A stretch of 64,000 bases of DNA from Gemmatimonadota bacterium (GTDB taxonomy: Bacteria > Gemmatimonadota > Gemmatimonadetes > Gemmatimonadales > Gemmatimonadaceae): NCBI GenBank assembly GCA_040389905.1, contig JAZJZK010000027.1, positions 1-64,000 of the forward strand, in the 5' to 3' direction. Position numbers and translations under genes: made by a program. Under the pieces are notes generated by a model. It had not been told where the DNA came from. It did not search any database and saw nothing but the letters and a program-made list of their open reading frames with translations. This document shows, one piece after another, positions 20,520-31,495 of the stretch (the stretch's first letter is position 1; each line of letters starts with the position of its first letter).

Positions 20520-21710
20520 TCAGGCCATTGCCGTAATTTCCGCGACGAACCGCTCGATTGCCGGCTCGCGGCGCAGGTGCAGTTCGGCGTACTCGCGGCC
20601 TCGTGCGCCCATCTCTGCACGACGGGTGCAACTCTGCAGCTCGGTGATCGCGCTGGAGAGCGCATGAGGATCGTCGGGCGGGATGACCAGGCCCGCGCCA
20701 CTCGACCCGATCAGCCTCGCGCCCGCCCCTTCGCCCCCGAAGATCACCGGGCGCCCCGCAGCCATGTACTCGGCGAGCTTCGTGGGGAGCGCAGTGCGGA
20801 GCGACCGCGCGGCGCGCAGTTGCGCGTACAGCACGTCGGCACCGGCATATAACCGGTCGAGTGTGGCCTGGTCCGCATACCCGTGGAAGACGACATTCGA
20901 CAGTCCGAGCTCGTCGACGCGTGCGCGAATCGCTGCCTCATCGAGCCCGGCACCCGCGATTTCTACCTGCACGGATTTTGGGTCGAGGAGGAGTGCGGCG
21001 TCGATGAGGTTGCCGATTCCCTGTGGGAATCCGATCAGTCCCGCGTAAAGGATTCGGAGCGGCCCCGCGTGTGGCTCGGAGCCCGGCACGGCGAGGAGCC
21101 GCGCCATGGTAGCGGGATCGAGTGCGTTGATCACCGTCTTCGTCTCGATACCGTGTGAGCGAAAGTATTCGCCCTGCTCGGGTGTCGTGGTGGTCACGAG
21201 ATCAGCGGCGCGCGCGGTCGAGAGGACCAGCTGCTCGGTGAGCCACAGGATGGCGCGCGAGCGGACCTTTCCGAGATCGCCGGCATACATCCACGTGAGG
21301 TCCCGGATGTCCCACGCGAACCTCGCTCGCTTGAGGCGTGCGATCATCCAGGCGATCGGGCCGAGGGGAATGATCGGTGACGTCGCGATCACGACGTCGG
21401 CGTCTAGCTTCATCGCACACGCGAACTGGCGCCACGCATTGCGGAGCTCCGCAATGATGCGAACCGGAACGCTCGCCTTGCGCGGAAGGACCGGCGGCAC
21501 GCGCCACACGCGAACGCCATCGGACACGGTGTCGACGGGCGCAACTGACTCGAACCCGTCGAACACCTGGCGCACGGGATAACTCGGCGCCGGTACCACG
21601 ACGGTGACGTCGTGACCGTGGTCGCGGAGGGCACTCGCCAACGCTGACATCCGACGCCCGCCGGGCACCGTCTCCGGCGGGTAAAACGTAGAGAGAATGA
21701 CGACGCGCAG
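20520..21710 (-). CDS. GT4 glycosyltransferase (WbuB-like), probable CTG start
   Basis: LRVVILSTFYPPE N-terminus, PTKLAEYMAAGRPV. Confidence 0.88.
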   Translation of the reverse strand: MRVVILSTFYPPETVPGGRRMSALASALRDHGHDVTVVVPAPSYPVRQVFDGFESVAPVDTVSDGVRVWRVPPVLPRKASVPVRIIAELRNAWRQFACAMKLDADVVIATSPIIPLGPIAWMIARLKRARFAWDIRDLTWMYAGDLGKVRSRAILWLTEQLVLSTARAADLVTTTTPEQGEYFRSHGIETKTVINALDPATMARLLAVPGSEPHAGPLRILYAGLIGFPQGIGNLIDAALLLDPKSVQVEIAGAGLDEAAIRARVDELGLSNVVFHGYADQATLDRLYAGADVLYAQLRAARSLRTALPTKLAEYMAAGRPVIFGGEGAGARLIGSSGAGLVIPPDDPHALSSAITELQSCTRRAEMGARGREYAELHLRREPAIERFVAEITAMA

Positions 21711-21713
21711 GGC

Positions 21714-22781
21714 CTACTCCGCGTGCTGTGGTGGCCGGCGGCTGCGCCCCGTCGCGGCGCGCCATTCATCACGCAGCGCGTCGAAGCCGGCCCCGTCGAT
21801 GGTCGGGAGGGACCGCCAGACATCGATCAGCGCCGCGAGAATGAGGCCGACGGCTCCGCCAATGAGAAGTGCAAGGGGCGCGCGAACGAACAAGCTCCTC
21901 GTCTTGGGAAGGGCGGGCATTTCGGGACGTTCGATGATCGACAACTGCGGCGTATCGCGCACCTCCTCGAGTCTCGCCTGTTCATAGCTTCCGGCGAGAG
22001 CCGAATAGAGTCCCTGACGGTGCGTCACCTCCCGCTGCAGTCGCGCGACCTCGAGCTTCAGCCGCTCGGACCCTGCGAAGCTCGCGTTCCGCTGCAGGAA
22101 CCCTTCGAGCGCATACTCAGCCGCCCCCAACTGGGCTTTCGCATCGGCAAGTTGAGTCGCGGCGTACTTTCGTTCTGCCCCCGCCTGCGATTGCCGCGTA
22201 TTCGTGTTGAATTCCGAGAGAAGCGCCAGAAGGCGGTCGTTCATCTTCTGGGCGAGCACGGGATGGGGTGCCGTTACCTCGAGCCGCACGACACCCGTGC
22301 GGACCGACATGCCGGAATTCACGTCGCGCGTGAGGATCTTCAACATCTTCTCGCGGCGTAGCAGCGAATCCCCTTCAATCTCATAGATCGAGTAGAGATC
22401 CCCGCTCACCGGGCCATCCGCCGATTGATACTCGAACTTCGTCGCGGCCAGCCCCTCGAGCAGCGACCGGGATTTGAGCATATCCGCAAAGAACATCGGG
22501 CCCTGAGTGGCATCCGAGATGTTGGGGAGGGACACCCCGAACTGCGCTGCGATCCCGGACAAGTTGCCGGGGCCCTTTGCGCTCGCCTGAGGAACGAATG
22601 CGGACGAAGACATCCACATGCGCGGGCGAAACAACGTCGAGGCCACCACGGCGAAAGCGAGAAAGGCGCAGCCAAGCACGAGCACGCGGTGGCGCAGCGC
22701 CGTGTACAGGAGCCGGGTCACGAGCACTCCACCGGCGTCGGACGGCTGGGCTGTCATCGTAACAGCAGGAGGGGTATTCAT
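21714..22781 (-). CDS. Polysaccharide co-polymerase / chain-length determinant (Wzz-like)
   Basis: Two terminal TMs, central coiled coil, Pro-rich motif PEMPALP before TM2. Confidence 0.8.
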   Translation of the reverse strand: MNTPPAVTMTAQPSDAGGVLVTRLLYTALRHRVLVLGCAFLAFAVVASTLFRPRMWMSSSAFVPQASAKGPGNLSGIAAQFGVSLPNISDATQGPMFFADMLKSRSLLEGLAATKFEYQSADGPVSGDLYSIYEIEGDSLLRREKMLKILTRDVNSGMSVRTGVVRLEVTAPHPVLAQKMNDRLLALLSEFNTNTRQSQAGAERKYAATQLADAKAQLGAAEYALEGFLQRNASFAGSERLKLEVARLQREVTHRQGLYSALAGSYEQARLEEVRDTPQLSIIERPEMPALPKTRSLFVRAPLALLIGGAVGLILAALIDVWRSLPTIDGAGFDALRDEWRAATGRSRRPPQHAE

Positions 22782-24151
22782 CGGGCGCGTACACCGTCAA
22801 GGCGCAGCCGAAGGAGCGTGAAGCTGATCGCGGAAATCCCGATGAGCGCGAGATTCGAGAAGAGCGGACTCGAAAGCTCTCCAGCAAGGAGAGAGGGAAG
22901 GCACAGCGTTAGCCATGCCGCGAAGCCCGCGAGCGCTGCCGAGCGTGTGAGGTCGTCCTTGGCCGAGAGTATCTGGGTGAAGAATTCCCGGGCGATCGTC
23001 ACCATGAGCAGGATGAGAAGGCCGGTGGCGGGAATGCCGAACTTGAGGGCGGCGAGGAGGTAGTCATTGTGCGGGTTGAGATAGGCGAAGCGCGTCTCTT
23101 CGTTTGTGACCTCGTCGAGCGGATAGCCCACGAGGGGGCTGTCCGCGATGTGCCTCGCGGCCATGCTCCACATTACCTCGCGACCGTCCAGCACGTTGTG
23201 CCCGCGGGTAATGTCCTTGTTGGCGATCGAGCGTATGAGGGGTACGGTCGCTTCCGGCCTGAAGGCCGCCGTCACCGCGAACGCACCGGCCGCAACGACG
23301 ATGGCGATCAGGAGCGGATAGAAGGCCGGTCTTCGCCCCGATGATCCCTTCGCTATTCGCACGGTGGCAAGCCCGAGCACACATATTCCGATTGCAATGG
23401 CGGGATAGGTGACGGATCCGTTGAGTACCAGGAGTGATAGTGCGCCCACCGCCGCGACCAATGCAGCGATCCTGTTTCGTCGCACGGGTAGGGTAAGCGC
23501 GAAGGGGATGGCCGCGACCTGAAACGTGAGCAGAATCAGGGCATCGTGCGAAAGTGCAAACCATGCCTGCGCGCCATGAAAGACGCCGCCGGTCATCCGT
23601 CCACCGATATACTGCCAGTAGTTTGTCTCCGGGAGCGTTCCGCTGGCAAAGGCGAGAATCAGGATGAGGACGCCCGCAAACGGGATGTTCGCGCAGAGAA
23701 GCGCGAGCAGCTTCTGTGGGCTTCCGGACATGACGATCGCGCACGCACCCAGCGCCCACGCAACGACTCCGCCAACAATAGTGGGGAGCAGGGGAAGGCC
23801 CTGCGGTTCACTGAACCGGAAAAGGTAGATTCGCCCGAGTGCGGAAATGAAGACCAGCGCGAGCGAGAGCGAGAGCAGTTGAAGCCCGGGGCGCGGGCGC
23901 GGCAGCGAACGCAAGGGCAGTAGCGCGACGCCCAACGCCGCAATCGGCGCGAGGAGCGCAATGCGCGGAAGCCGCATTTCCACGTTCGCGAACGACGCCA
24001 GCATGACGCAGGCGAGCACGGCGGCAGGCGCCGCGCGAAGCGGACCTGTCCATGGAGTCGGCGGCATCGAAGAGCTGGCTGGCGTCATTGCCTGCTGCAT
24101 ATCAAGGGTTGTTCCACGGATCGGTCTGGCAGGAGGTTTGCAAATAGGCAA
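22778..24151 (-). CDS. O-antigen ligase / Wzy polymerase family protein (start uncertain, possibly ~24100)
   Basis: Multi-TM, GREVMW...PLVGY, PHNDYL..ALKFGI. Confidence 0.82.
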   Translation of the reverse strand: MPICKPPARPIRGTTLDMQQAMTPASSSMPPTPWTGPLRAAPAAVLACVMLASFANVEMRLPRIALLAPIAALGVALLPLRSLPRPRPGLQLLSLSLALVFISALGRIYLFRFSEPQGLPLLPTIVGGVVAWALGACAIVMSGSPQKLLALLCANIPFAGVLILILAFASGTLPETNYWQYIGGRMTGGVFHGAQAWFALSHDALILLTFQVAAIPFALTLPVRRNRIAALVAAVGALSLLVLNGSVTYPAIAIGICVLGLATVRIAKGSSGRRPAFYPLLIAIVVAAGAFAVTAAFRPEATVPLIRSIANKDITRGHNVLDGREVMWSMAARHIADSPLVGYPLDEVTNEETRFAYLNPHNDYLLAALKFGIPATGLLILLMVTIAREFFTQILSAKDDLTRSAALAGFAAWLTLCLPSLLAGELSSPLFSNLALIGISAISFTLLRLRLDGVRAR

Positions 24152-24206
24152 GAAGCGTCACGGTGGGCTTCTTTCGGACGCATCTGCTCGCTTCTACGCA
24201 AATACC

Positions 24207-25316
24207 ATGAAACTGATGCACGTGGTGGGAACTCGGCCGAACTTTCCCAAGCTCGCGCCGGTGTTTCGCGCAGCCCGTTCCCGTGGACTCCGCCAGCTGG
24301 TTGTCCATACCGGCCAGCACTACGACGACGCCATGTCCGGCAACTTCTTTCGCGAGCTGGACATCCCGGAGCCCGAGGTAAATCTCGCGGTCGGGTCCGG
24401 CTCGCATGGGGCTCAGACGGCGCGCATTCTGGAGCGGATCGAGCCGGTGCTCGAGAAGGAAATGCCCGATTGGCTCGTCGTTTACGGCGACGTGAATTCC
24501 ACGATGGCGGCGACACTCGCAGCCTCCAAGCTGCGGATCCGCATCGCTCACGTGGAGGCCGGGCTCAGGAGCTTCGATCGGGACATGCCCGAGGAGATCA
24601 ATCGGCTCGTAACTGATCGTCTCGCTGACCTCCTCCTTACGCCGTCACGTGACGCCGGCGAGCAGCTTCTTCGCGAAGGCGAAGACGCGTCGCGGATCGC
24701 GTTCGTCGGCAACGTGATGATCGACTCCCTGTTCCACGCGCTCCCCAACGCGCGCGCGACAGGGTTTCGCAAGTCGCTCGCGCTGCGGGACGGATATGTC
24801 GTGGTCACGCTCCATCGTCCGTCGAACGTCGATGTCGATGCCCGCCTGACCATGATCGCCGAAGCCCTGGTGCGCATCGCGGAGTCGCGAGATGTGGTGT
24901 TTGCCGCGCACCCGCGCACGCAGGACAGGCTCCGCAAGGCCGGCGTGGGCCTGGGCGGGGTTCGCCTTATTGACCCGCTTCCATACTTTCACATGCTCGA
25001 CCTGGTCGAGGGAGCACATGTCGTCGTCACCGACTCGGGCGGCCTCCAGGAGGAGACCACCGCACTCGGCGTTCCGTGCCTGACCGTTCGTGACAATACC
25101 GAGCGTCCGATCACGATCACGGAAGGAACGAATCAACTGGTCCTGGATCCGCGGGAGCTCTCGGCCTTCGTGGAGGCGGCTTTCTCCGTAACCGCCAGGT
25201 GTCCGGAAGGCTGGGACGGCTCGGCTGGCGAACGCGTGGTCGATGCGCTCACGAACCCGGCGTACGCGAATCCGGTGCGCGGTGGCGCGGAGCGACTCTC
25301 CGAGGTTATGCGATGA
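24207..25316 (+). CDS. wecB: UDP-N-acetylglucosamine 2-epimerase (non-hydrolysing)
   Basis: VVGTRPNF, HTGQHYD, HVEAGLRS, TDSGGLQEE. Confidence 0.95.
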   Translation: MKLMHVVGTRPNFPKLAPVFRAARSRGLRQLVVHTGQHYDDAMSGNFFRELDIPEPEVNLAVGSGSHGAQTARILERIEPVLEKEMPDWLVVYGDVNSTMAATLAASKLRIRIAHVEAGLRSFDRDMPEEINRLVTDRLADLLLTPSRDAGEQLLREGEDASRIAFVGNVMIDSLFHALPNARATGFRKSLALRDGYVVVTLHRPSNVDVDARLTMIAEALVRIAESRDVVFAAHPRTQDRLRKAGVGLGGVRLIDPLPYFHMLDLVEGAHVVVTDSGGLQEETTALGVPCLTVRDNTERPITITEGTNQLVLDPRELSAFVEAAFSVTARCPEGWDGSAGERVVDALTNPAYANPVRGGAERLSEVMR

Positions 25317-25339
25317 TCAGTTTCCGGGGACGCTGAACG

Positions 25340-27343
25340 ATGTGCGGAATCGTTGGCTGGCTCTCGTTCGACGACAATCGTCGCGTCTCGCCGGCGACTG
25401 TCGAGCGCATGCGCGATGAAGTCGCGCACCGTGGGCCCGATGGCGCAGGGCTGTGGATGTCCGAGCGGCGCGACGTGGGACTTGGATTTCGGCGGCTTGC
25501 CATCGTCGACCTGAATCCACTGGCCGACCAGCCGATGACCAACGAGGACGGCCGGCTGTGGATCGTCTTCAACGGCGAGATCTACAATCACGCCTCGATT
25601 CGTCCGGCGCTCGAGCGGCTCGGGCACAAGTTCCGCACCGATCACTCGGATACGGAAACGCTCCTGCACGCCTTCGAGGAATGGGGGCCGGCGTGCCTCG
25701 ACCGGCTCGAGGGGATGTTCGCCTTTGCCGTGTGGAACCAGGAAACGCGCGAGCTGTTCATGGCGCGTGACCGGATCGGAAAGAAGCCGCTCTACTTCAC
25801 GCGCACGGCGCACGGCTTTCTCTTCGCGTCCGAGATCAAGAGCCTGATGGTGCACCCGGAGGTCTCGTTCGACGTCGAGCCCGTCGCGCTGTACCACTAC
25901 CTGTCGTTCATGACGACGCCGGCGCCGCTGACGATGTTCCGCGGGATCTACAAGATGCCGGCCGGGCACGCCGCAACGATGGGCGCCGACGGACGCTTCA
26001 ATGCATGGCGGTATTGGGACGCGATCGCGAATCCAGCGGAGCAGGCGGAGATCCTCGGCCGAACGGGCGCCGAGCGGGAGAATTACTGCGTGAGCAGGAC
26101 GCGGACGCTCCTCGAGGAGGCAGTCGCGAAGCGAACGGCCGCGGACGTTCCCGTGGGTGCGTTTCTTTCTGGCGGAATCGACTCGTCCGCGATCGTGGCG
26201 CTCATGAGCCGGCAGTCGGCGGGGCCCGTTCGCACCTTCACCGTCGGCTTCTCCGATCACCAGGAGCTGAACGAACTCGATTACGCGCGCAAAGTCGCAA
26301 AGCTCTACAACTGCGACTACCACGAGGTGCTGATCGACGAGGACGCAATGAAGCGCTACCTCCCGGACCTCGTGCATGCGCAGGACGAACCGATCGCCGA
26401 CTGGGTCTGCATCCCGCTGTACTTCGTGTCGAAGCTCGCGAGCGATTCGGGAACGATCGTGCTGGAAGTGGGCGAAGGCGCGGACGAGCAGTACTGCGGG
26501 TACAACGGATACATGCAACACCTCGACATGTACGAGAAGTACTGGAAGCGGTATGCACAGCTGGCGAAGCCGGCGCGGCGCGCCGTGTCACAGGCGGCTG
26601 AATTTGCATCGATGATGTACACGGGCCGCGACCGGCACCTCGACATCGTCGTGCGCGCGGGGCGGGATCGTGAGCCGTTCTGGAGTGGCGCCAACGTGTT
26701 TCCGGAGTTCCGGAAGCGCAGCTTCATGCACAACCGTGAGGAAATGCGCAGCTGGCTTCCCGAATCGCTCCTCCCCGCGTCATTCGGCCGCTACGACTCG
26801 TTCGAGATCGTGAAGTCGTACTTCGACCGGATCGACCAGGTGATGCCGGGCTCCGACGTCCTCACGCGCATGATCTATTCGGAATTCAAGCTTCGCCTTC
26901 CGGAGCTCCTCCTGATGCGCGTCGACAAGATCGGCATGTCGGTTTCGATCGAGCCTCGCACGCCCTTCCTCGACCACAAGCTCGTCGAGTTTTCGATGGG
27001 CATCCCGATGGAGGAAAAGGTCAGGAACGGCACCACGAAGTCCGTGCTCAAGAAGGCCGTTCGCGGATTGATTCCAGACGAGATCATCGATCGTCGCAAG
27101 ATGGGCTTCGGCGCGCCCATGGTGGAATGGCTCCGTGGAGACTTCGGCCGCGATGTCGAGAATGCATTTCACCGCACAGCGTTCTTCGATCGCGTAGGGA
27201 TCGATCGCTCCGAGGTCATGGCGATGCTGCAGCGGCACCGAGACGGGCGGCGCGATCACGCCACGTATGTCTGGCTGCTGTACAACGCCGTCGCCTGGTA
27301 CGATCACTGGAGCCGGGACCAGCGTATCGCAGCGGTCGCATGA
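25340..27343 (+). CDS. asnB: Asparagine synthase (glutamine-hydrolysing) family amidotransferase
   Basis: MCGI N-terminal nucleophile, HRGPD, FNGEIYN, FLSGGIDSS, GEGADE. Confidence 0.93.
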   Translation: MCGIVGWLSFDDNRRVSPATVERMRDEVAHRGPDGAGLWMSERRDVGLGFRRLAIVDLNPLADQPMTNEDGRLWIVFNGEIYNHASIRPALERLGHKFRTDHSDTETLLHAFEEWGPACLDRLEGMFAFAVWNQETRELFMARDRIGKKPLYFTRTAHGFLFASEIKSLMVHPEVSFDVEPVALYHYLSFMTTPAPLTMFRGIYKMPAGHAATMGADGRFNAWRYWDAIANPAEQAEILGRTGAERENYCVSRTRTLLEEAVAKRTAADVPVGAFLSGGIDSSAIVALMSRQSAGPVRTFTVGFSDHQELNELDYARKVAKLYNCDYHEVLIDEDAMKRYLPDLVHAQDEPIADWVCIPLYFVSKLASDSGTIVLEVGEGADEQYCGYNGYMQHLDMYEKYWKRYAQLAKPARRAVSQAAEFASMMYTGRDRHLDIVVRAGRDREPFWSGANVFPEFRKRSFMHNREEMRSWLPESLLPASFGRYDSFEIVKSYFDRIDQVMPGSDVLTRMIYSEFKLRLPELLLMRVDKIGMSVSIEPRTPFLDHKLVEFSMGIPMEEKVRNGTTKSVLKKAVRGLIPDEIIDRRKMGFGAPMVEWLRGDFGRDVENAFHRTAFFDRVGIDRSEVMAMLQRHRDGRRDHATYVWLLYNAVAWYDHWSRDQRIAAVA

Positions 27344-29364
27344 ATCCACTCGCAACCTGGCAAAGGATTCGAGGCAAGTCCGTCCGGTACATCGCGTCGC
27401 GCGGCTTCACGGAATTGCGGCGGTACGTTCGCGCTCCGCTACAGCGGCGCACACTCGGTCGTCTCTCGACGGACGACGTGCTGCGCACGATCTCCGCACC
27501 GAGCGCGGAGGAAATCGTGCACGACTGGGGAGTGAACGGCCCATTCCCGGTCAATCGTGAGCGCGCGCGGCTTGTCGCATGGTATCGCGATCACCCGACC
27601 GAACGTGCCGCTCTCGACGAGCGTGCGACACGCGCCCTCGCCCGCGAGGTTGATCTCCTCGGCCGCGGATCCTTCTTGCTCGGCGACGAGATCCGCTGGT
27701 GCTCCGACTACCAGAACGCCTACGACTGGCCGCTGTCGCCGAGTGATCGGCTTGATTACGCGCTCCTGCATCTGCCGTGCGACGTGAAGCTTCCGTGGGA
27801 GCTTTCACGCTTCCAGCACCTCTTCGTGCTCGGACAGGCGTGGATCGTGAACCGGGATGCACGTGCGGCTGAGGAGTTCCGCGCGCAGGTGGAAAGCTGG
27901 GACGACGCCAATCCGGTGGGCCTCGGCCCGAACTGGGCGTGCACGATGGATGTCGCGCTGCGCTCGTGGAGCCTGCTGTGGCTCGCTGCGGCGTTCGCCG
28001 ATGCACCGGGTCTCGATGAGAGTTTCTGGGGGCGCTTCGTGCGCATGCTGTGGCAACATGGGCAGTGGATGCCCGAGCATCTGGAAAAAGGCGAGATCAA
28101 CGGGAACCACTACATCTCCGACGCGCTCGGACTCGTGGCGTGCGGCGCCTTCTTTCACTCCACGCCGCATGGACGGCAGTGGCTGAAGGAGGGCGCGGCG
28201 ATTCTCGAGAGTGAAATCGTTCTCCAGCTCGAGCCTGACGGTGTGGATATCGAGGCCTCGGTGCCGTACCAGCGGCTCGTGATGGAGATCTTTCTCGCCG
28301 GGCGACAGATGATGCTCCACGCGGGGCACGCGCCGGTGCGCGCGTATGATGAGCGGCTCCGCGCCGCGGCGCGCTATGTCTCTGCGTACGTCACGCCCGA
28401 GGGATTGATCCCCGTGCAGGGTGATGCCGACGACGGGCGGGTCATGAAGTTCGGTGCGCAGGATGTGCGCGATCATCGGTATCTCGTGAACCTCTGCGCC
28501 GCGCAGGTGGGGGCACTGCGACTCCAACCGACGCTGCCGCCGGGTGAGGAGGAAGTCTGGTTCCTCTCGGCAGCCGAGCTCGATGCGATGGCGTCAGCCG
28601 GCACGTTCGAGCCGGAGCACTGTGCGTTTTTTCCGGCGGGTGGTGCCGCCGTGTTGACGTCGGATACGCAGTACGCCTTCGTCGACGTTGGAAACGTGGG
28701 GCTGAAGGGACTCGGTGGTCACGGGCACAACGATGTGCTGTCGGTGGAGTGGCACGCATTCGGGAGACCCGTGCTGACGGACTCCGGGAGTTTCGTCTAC
28801 ACGGCGTCCGCCGAATGGCGGCAGCGCTTTCGGTCCACGGAGTTCCACACGACCATCATGGTCGACGGCGAGGAGATCAACAGGCCCTATGGCCCGCTCT
28901 CCCTTTGGAACCTGCACAACGACGCGAGAGTGTTCGCCTCCACGGCGGGGAGCTCGGGGGGAACGGCAACCGTGCAGGCGTCGCACCATGGCTATCACCG
29001 GCTGGCGGACCCCGTGACGACGACGCGGCGTGTCGAGATGCATCTGGACGAATGCCGAATGTCTCTCTCGGACCTGATCGAGGCAAAGGGCGAGCACGAG
29101 GTCACCTGGTTCTTTCAGGTCGCCGAAGGACTGGCTGGACGCGTCGATGGCGATTCGCTGCGGCTTTCATCGGCTGATGGCGCGCTGCAGGCGGAGATTG
29201 CCGGTGCGGGAGTGCGTGGGAGCTGGACGAAGTACGCCGGATGGTTCTCTCCCTCGTACGGTGTGCGCCGGCCGCGGGAGCGTTGGGCCTACAGCGCGCG
29301 GACGAAGGGCGACGCGCGACAGCAATGGACTCTCGCTGCGCGAGCAGCGGCTCACATAGGATGA
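27340..29364 (+). CDS. Heparinase II/III / alginate lyase family protein
   Basis: DVKLPWELSRFQH, NGNHY, GHGHND, DSGSFVYT, FRSTEFH. Confidence 0.88.
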   Translation: MNPLATWQRIRGKSVRYIASRGFTELRRYVRAPLQRRTLGRLSTDDVLRTISAPSAEEIVHDWGVNGPFPVNRERARLVAWYRDHPTERAALDERATRALAREVDLLGRGSFLLGDEIRWCSDYQNAYDWPLSPSDRLDYALLHLPCDVKLPWELSRFQHLFVLGQAWIVNRDARAAEEFRAQVESWDDANPVGLGPNWACTMDVALRSWSLLWLAAAFADAPGLDESFWGRFVRMLWQHGQWMPEHLEKGEINGNHYISDALGLVACGAFFHSTPHGRQWLKEGAAILESEIVLQLEPDGVDIEASVPYQRLVMEIFLAGRQMMLHAGHAPVRAYDERLRAAARYVSAYVTPEGLIPVQGDADDGRVMKFGAQDVRDHRYLVNLCAAQVGALRLQPTLPPGEEEVWFLSAAELDAMASAGTFEPEHCAFFPAGGAAVLTSDTQYAFVDVGNVGLKGLGGHGHNDVLSVEWHAFGRPVLTDSGSFVYTASAEWRQRFRSTEFHTTIMVDGEEINRPYGPLSLWNLHNDARVFASTAGSSGGTATVQASHHGYHRLADPVTTTRRVEMHLDECRMSLSDLIEAKGEHEVTWFFQVAEGLAGRVDGDSLRLSSADGALQAEIAGAGVRGSWTKYAGWFSPSYGVRRPRERWAYSARTKGDARQQWTLAARAAAHIG

Positions 29365-29365
29365 C

Positions 29366-31495
29366 ATGCTTCAAGTAGCAATATCGGGCGGTGAAGTACG
29401 CGTCGTCGACGTGCCGGCACCAGTCGTGAAACCAGGAGCCGTGCTCGTTCGCACCAGTCACTCGCTCATCAGCTCGGGGACGGAGGGCGCCGGCGTGACG
29501 GGGAAGGCGGAAAGCCTCGCCATGAAGGCGCTGCGTAATCCCGACCTGGTGAAGAAGGTCATCGACCGCGCGAAGAACTATGGCGTGAAGGACACGTTCG
29601 ACCTCGTCAAGTCGCGCGTCGCGACGGAGACGCCCATCGGCTACAGCACGGCCGGCGTCGTCGTCGAGGCGGGTGAGGGTGTGAGCGGCTTCAAGGTCGG
29701 CGATCGTGTGGCGTGTGCGGGAGCCGGTTTCGCGAATCATGCGCAGTACAACGTGGTGCCGCAGAACCTCGTCACGAAGATTCCGGACAACGTGTCGTTC
29801 GAGGAAGCGGCATTCGTCACGCTCGGCGCTATCGCGTTGCAGGGCGTTCGCCGCGCCAACCCCACACTCGGCGAGCGCGTCGTCGTACTCGGCCTCGGAC
29901 TCCTCGGTCAGCTCACGGTCCAGCTTCTTCGTGCATCTGGCGCCTACACCATCGGTGTCGATGTTCTCCGTGAGCGCGTGGATCGCGCGACCGCATTGGG
30001 AATGGACGCGGGATTCGCGATCAACGAGCGCCCCCTGAAGGATGGCGTGTACGAGCGGACGGGAGGCGTTGGTGCGGATGCGGTGATCGTGTGCGCCGCG
30101 GGAGGCGACCCGGCGCTCCTCAATCAGGCGTTCGATCTCTGCCGCCGGAAGGGACGCGTCGTCCTTGTGGGCGACGTGCCGATGCGCATCCAGCGCGACA
30201 AGATCTACAAGAAGGAGCTCGACTTCCTGATTTCGACATCGTACGGCCCGGGGCGGTACGATGCAAACTACGAGGAACGGGGGCAGGATTATCCCCTCGC
30301 GTATGTTCGCTGGACGGAAGGGCGCAACATGGAGGAGATCCTTCGCCTGGTCTCAACGGGACAGTTGAAGGTGTCGCCGCTGATCGACAAGACGCTCCCG
30401 CTCGAACAGGCACTCGACGGGTACCTCCTCCTGAAGAGCGAGGCACGTCCCATCGGCGTGCTCCTCGATCATGGTTCGGGGAATGGCGTTCCCCAGCGGC
30501 GCATGGTGAATCCTGCCGCCCCTGCCGTCGCGCGGACGCGGAGCGCATCCGAGCCGTTCCGCATTGGTGTTGTTGGCTTCGGCGGTTATTTCAGCGGGAT
30601 GCTCCTGCCCATCATCACGGCGCACAAGGGCTTCACGCTACAGAGCGTGTGCAGTCGAAACGGGCTCACGGTGCGCGGCGCGATCCAGCGTCATGGGTTC
30701 ACCACGGGTTTCACGGATTGGCGCGAACTCGTTGCGAGCGACGACGTGGATGTCGTCTATGTCGCGACGCGTCACGACCAGCATTTCGAGGTTGCGGCCG
30801 AAGCGACGCGCCGACGGAAGCATGTGTTCGTCGAGAAACCAATGACGATGCGGAGCGCCGATGCGCGTGAGCTCGAGGCACTTGTTTCGGAACATGGCAC
30901 GAAGCTGACGGTGGGATTCAACCGCCGCTTTTCGCCGCACGCTGCGCTAATGAAGAAGCAGCTCGACCAGATTGCGGCACCGAAGACGATGGTCTATCGC
31001 GTGAACGCGGGAGCACTCCCTCCCGAGCACTGGAGCATGGATCCCGTCGAAGGGGGCGGCCGTCTCCTCGGCGAAGGCGTTCACTTCTTCGACTTCCTCC
31101 ACTTCATCGCGGGAAGCAAGCCCGTCTCTGTCTGTGCCGCGTCACCGCGCATTGCGAACGCGCACGGAAATTCTGCCACCGTGCTGTTGAGCTTCGAGGA
31201 CGGCTCGGTGGGCACCGTTGTGTACACCGCGGAGGGTGGACCAGGACTTCCGAAGGAGCGCGTCGAGGTGCACGCCGGCGGCGTGAGTTTCGTGCTCGAT
31301 GACTACAAGGAGCTCACTGCGTTTGGATCTGCGTCGGGCCTCAAGACGAAGACCGTGGACAAGGGACAGCGCGCGCACCTCGAGAACTTCCACGCAGCGC
31401 TTCGTGGGCAGGCGCCACTCGGCGTCACCGCGAATGATGGGTACTGGGCGACGTGGTGCGCCGAAGAGGCGAACGCGAAGGTGACCGCGAACTGA
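29366..31495 (+). CDS. Bi-domain oxidoreductase (Zn-ADH/MDR + Gfo/Idh/MocA)
   Basis: SLISSGTE, GLGLLGQL, SYGPGRYD; second half HVFVEKP, VGFNRRFSP. Confidence 0.92.
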   Translation: MLQVAISGGEVRVVDVPAPVVKPGAVLVRTSHSLISSGTEGAGVTGKAESLAMKALRNPDLVKKVIDRAKNYGVKDTFDLVKSRVATETPIGYSTAGVVVEAGEGVSGFKVGDRVACAGAGFANHAQYNVVPQNLVTKIPDNVSFEEAAFVTLGAIALQGVRRANPTLGERVVVLGLGLLGQLTVQLLRASGAYTIGVDVLRERVDRATALGMDAGFAINERPLKDGVYERTGGVGADAVIVCAAGGDPALLNQAFDLCRRKGRVVLVGDVPMRIQRDKIYKKELDFLISTSYGPGRYDANYEERGQDYPLAYVRWTEGRNMEEILRLVSTGQLKVSPLIDKTLPLEQALDGYLLLKSEARPIGVLLDHGSGNGVPQRRMVNPAAPAVARTRSASEPFRIGVVGFGGYFSGMLLPIITAHKGFTLQSVCSRNGLTVRGAIQRHGFTTGFTDWRELVASDDVDVVYVATRHDQHFEVAAEATRRRKHVFVEKPMTMRSADARELEALVSEHGTKLTVGFNRRFSPHAALMKKQLDQIAAPKTMVYRVNAGALPPEHWSMDPVEGGGRLLGEGVHFFDFLHFIAGSKPVSVCAASPRIANAHGNSATVLLSFEDGSVGTVVYTAEGGPGLPKERVEVHAGGVSFVLDDYKELTAFGSASGLKTKTVDKGQRAHLENFHAALRGQAPLGVTANDGYWATWCAEEANAKVTAN

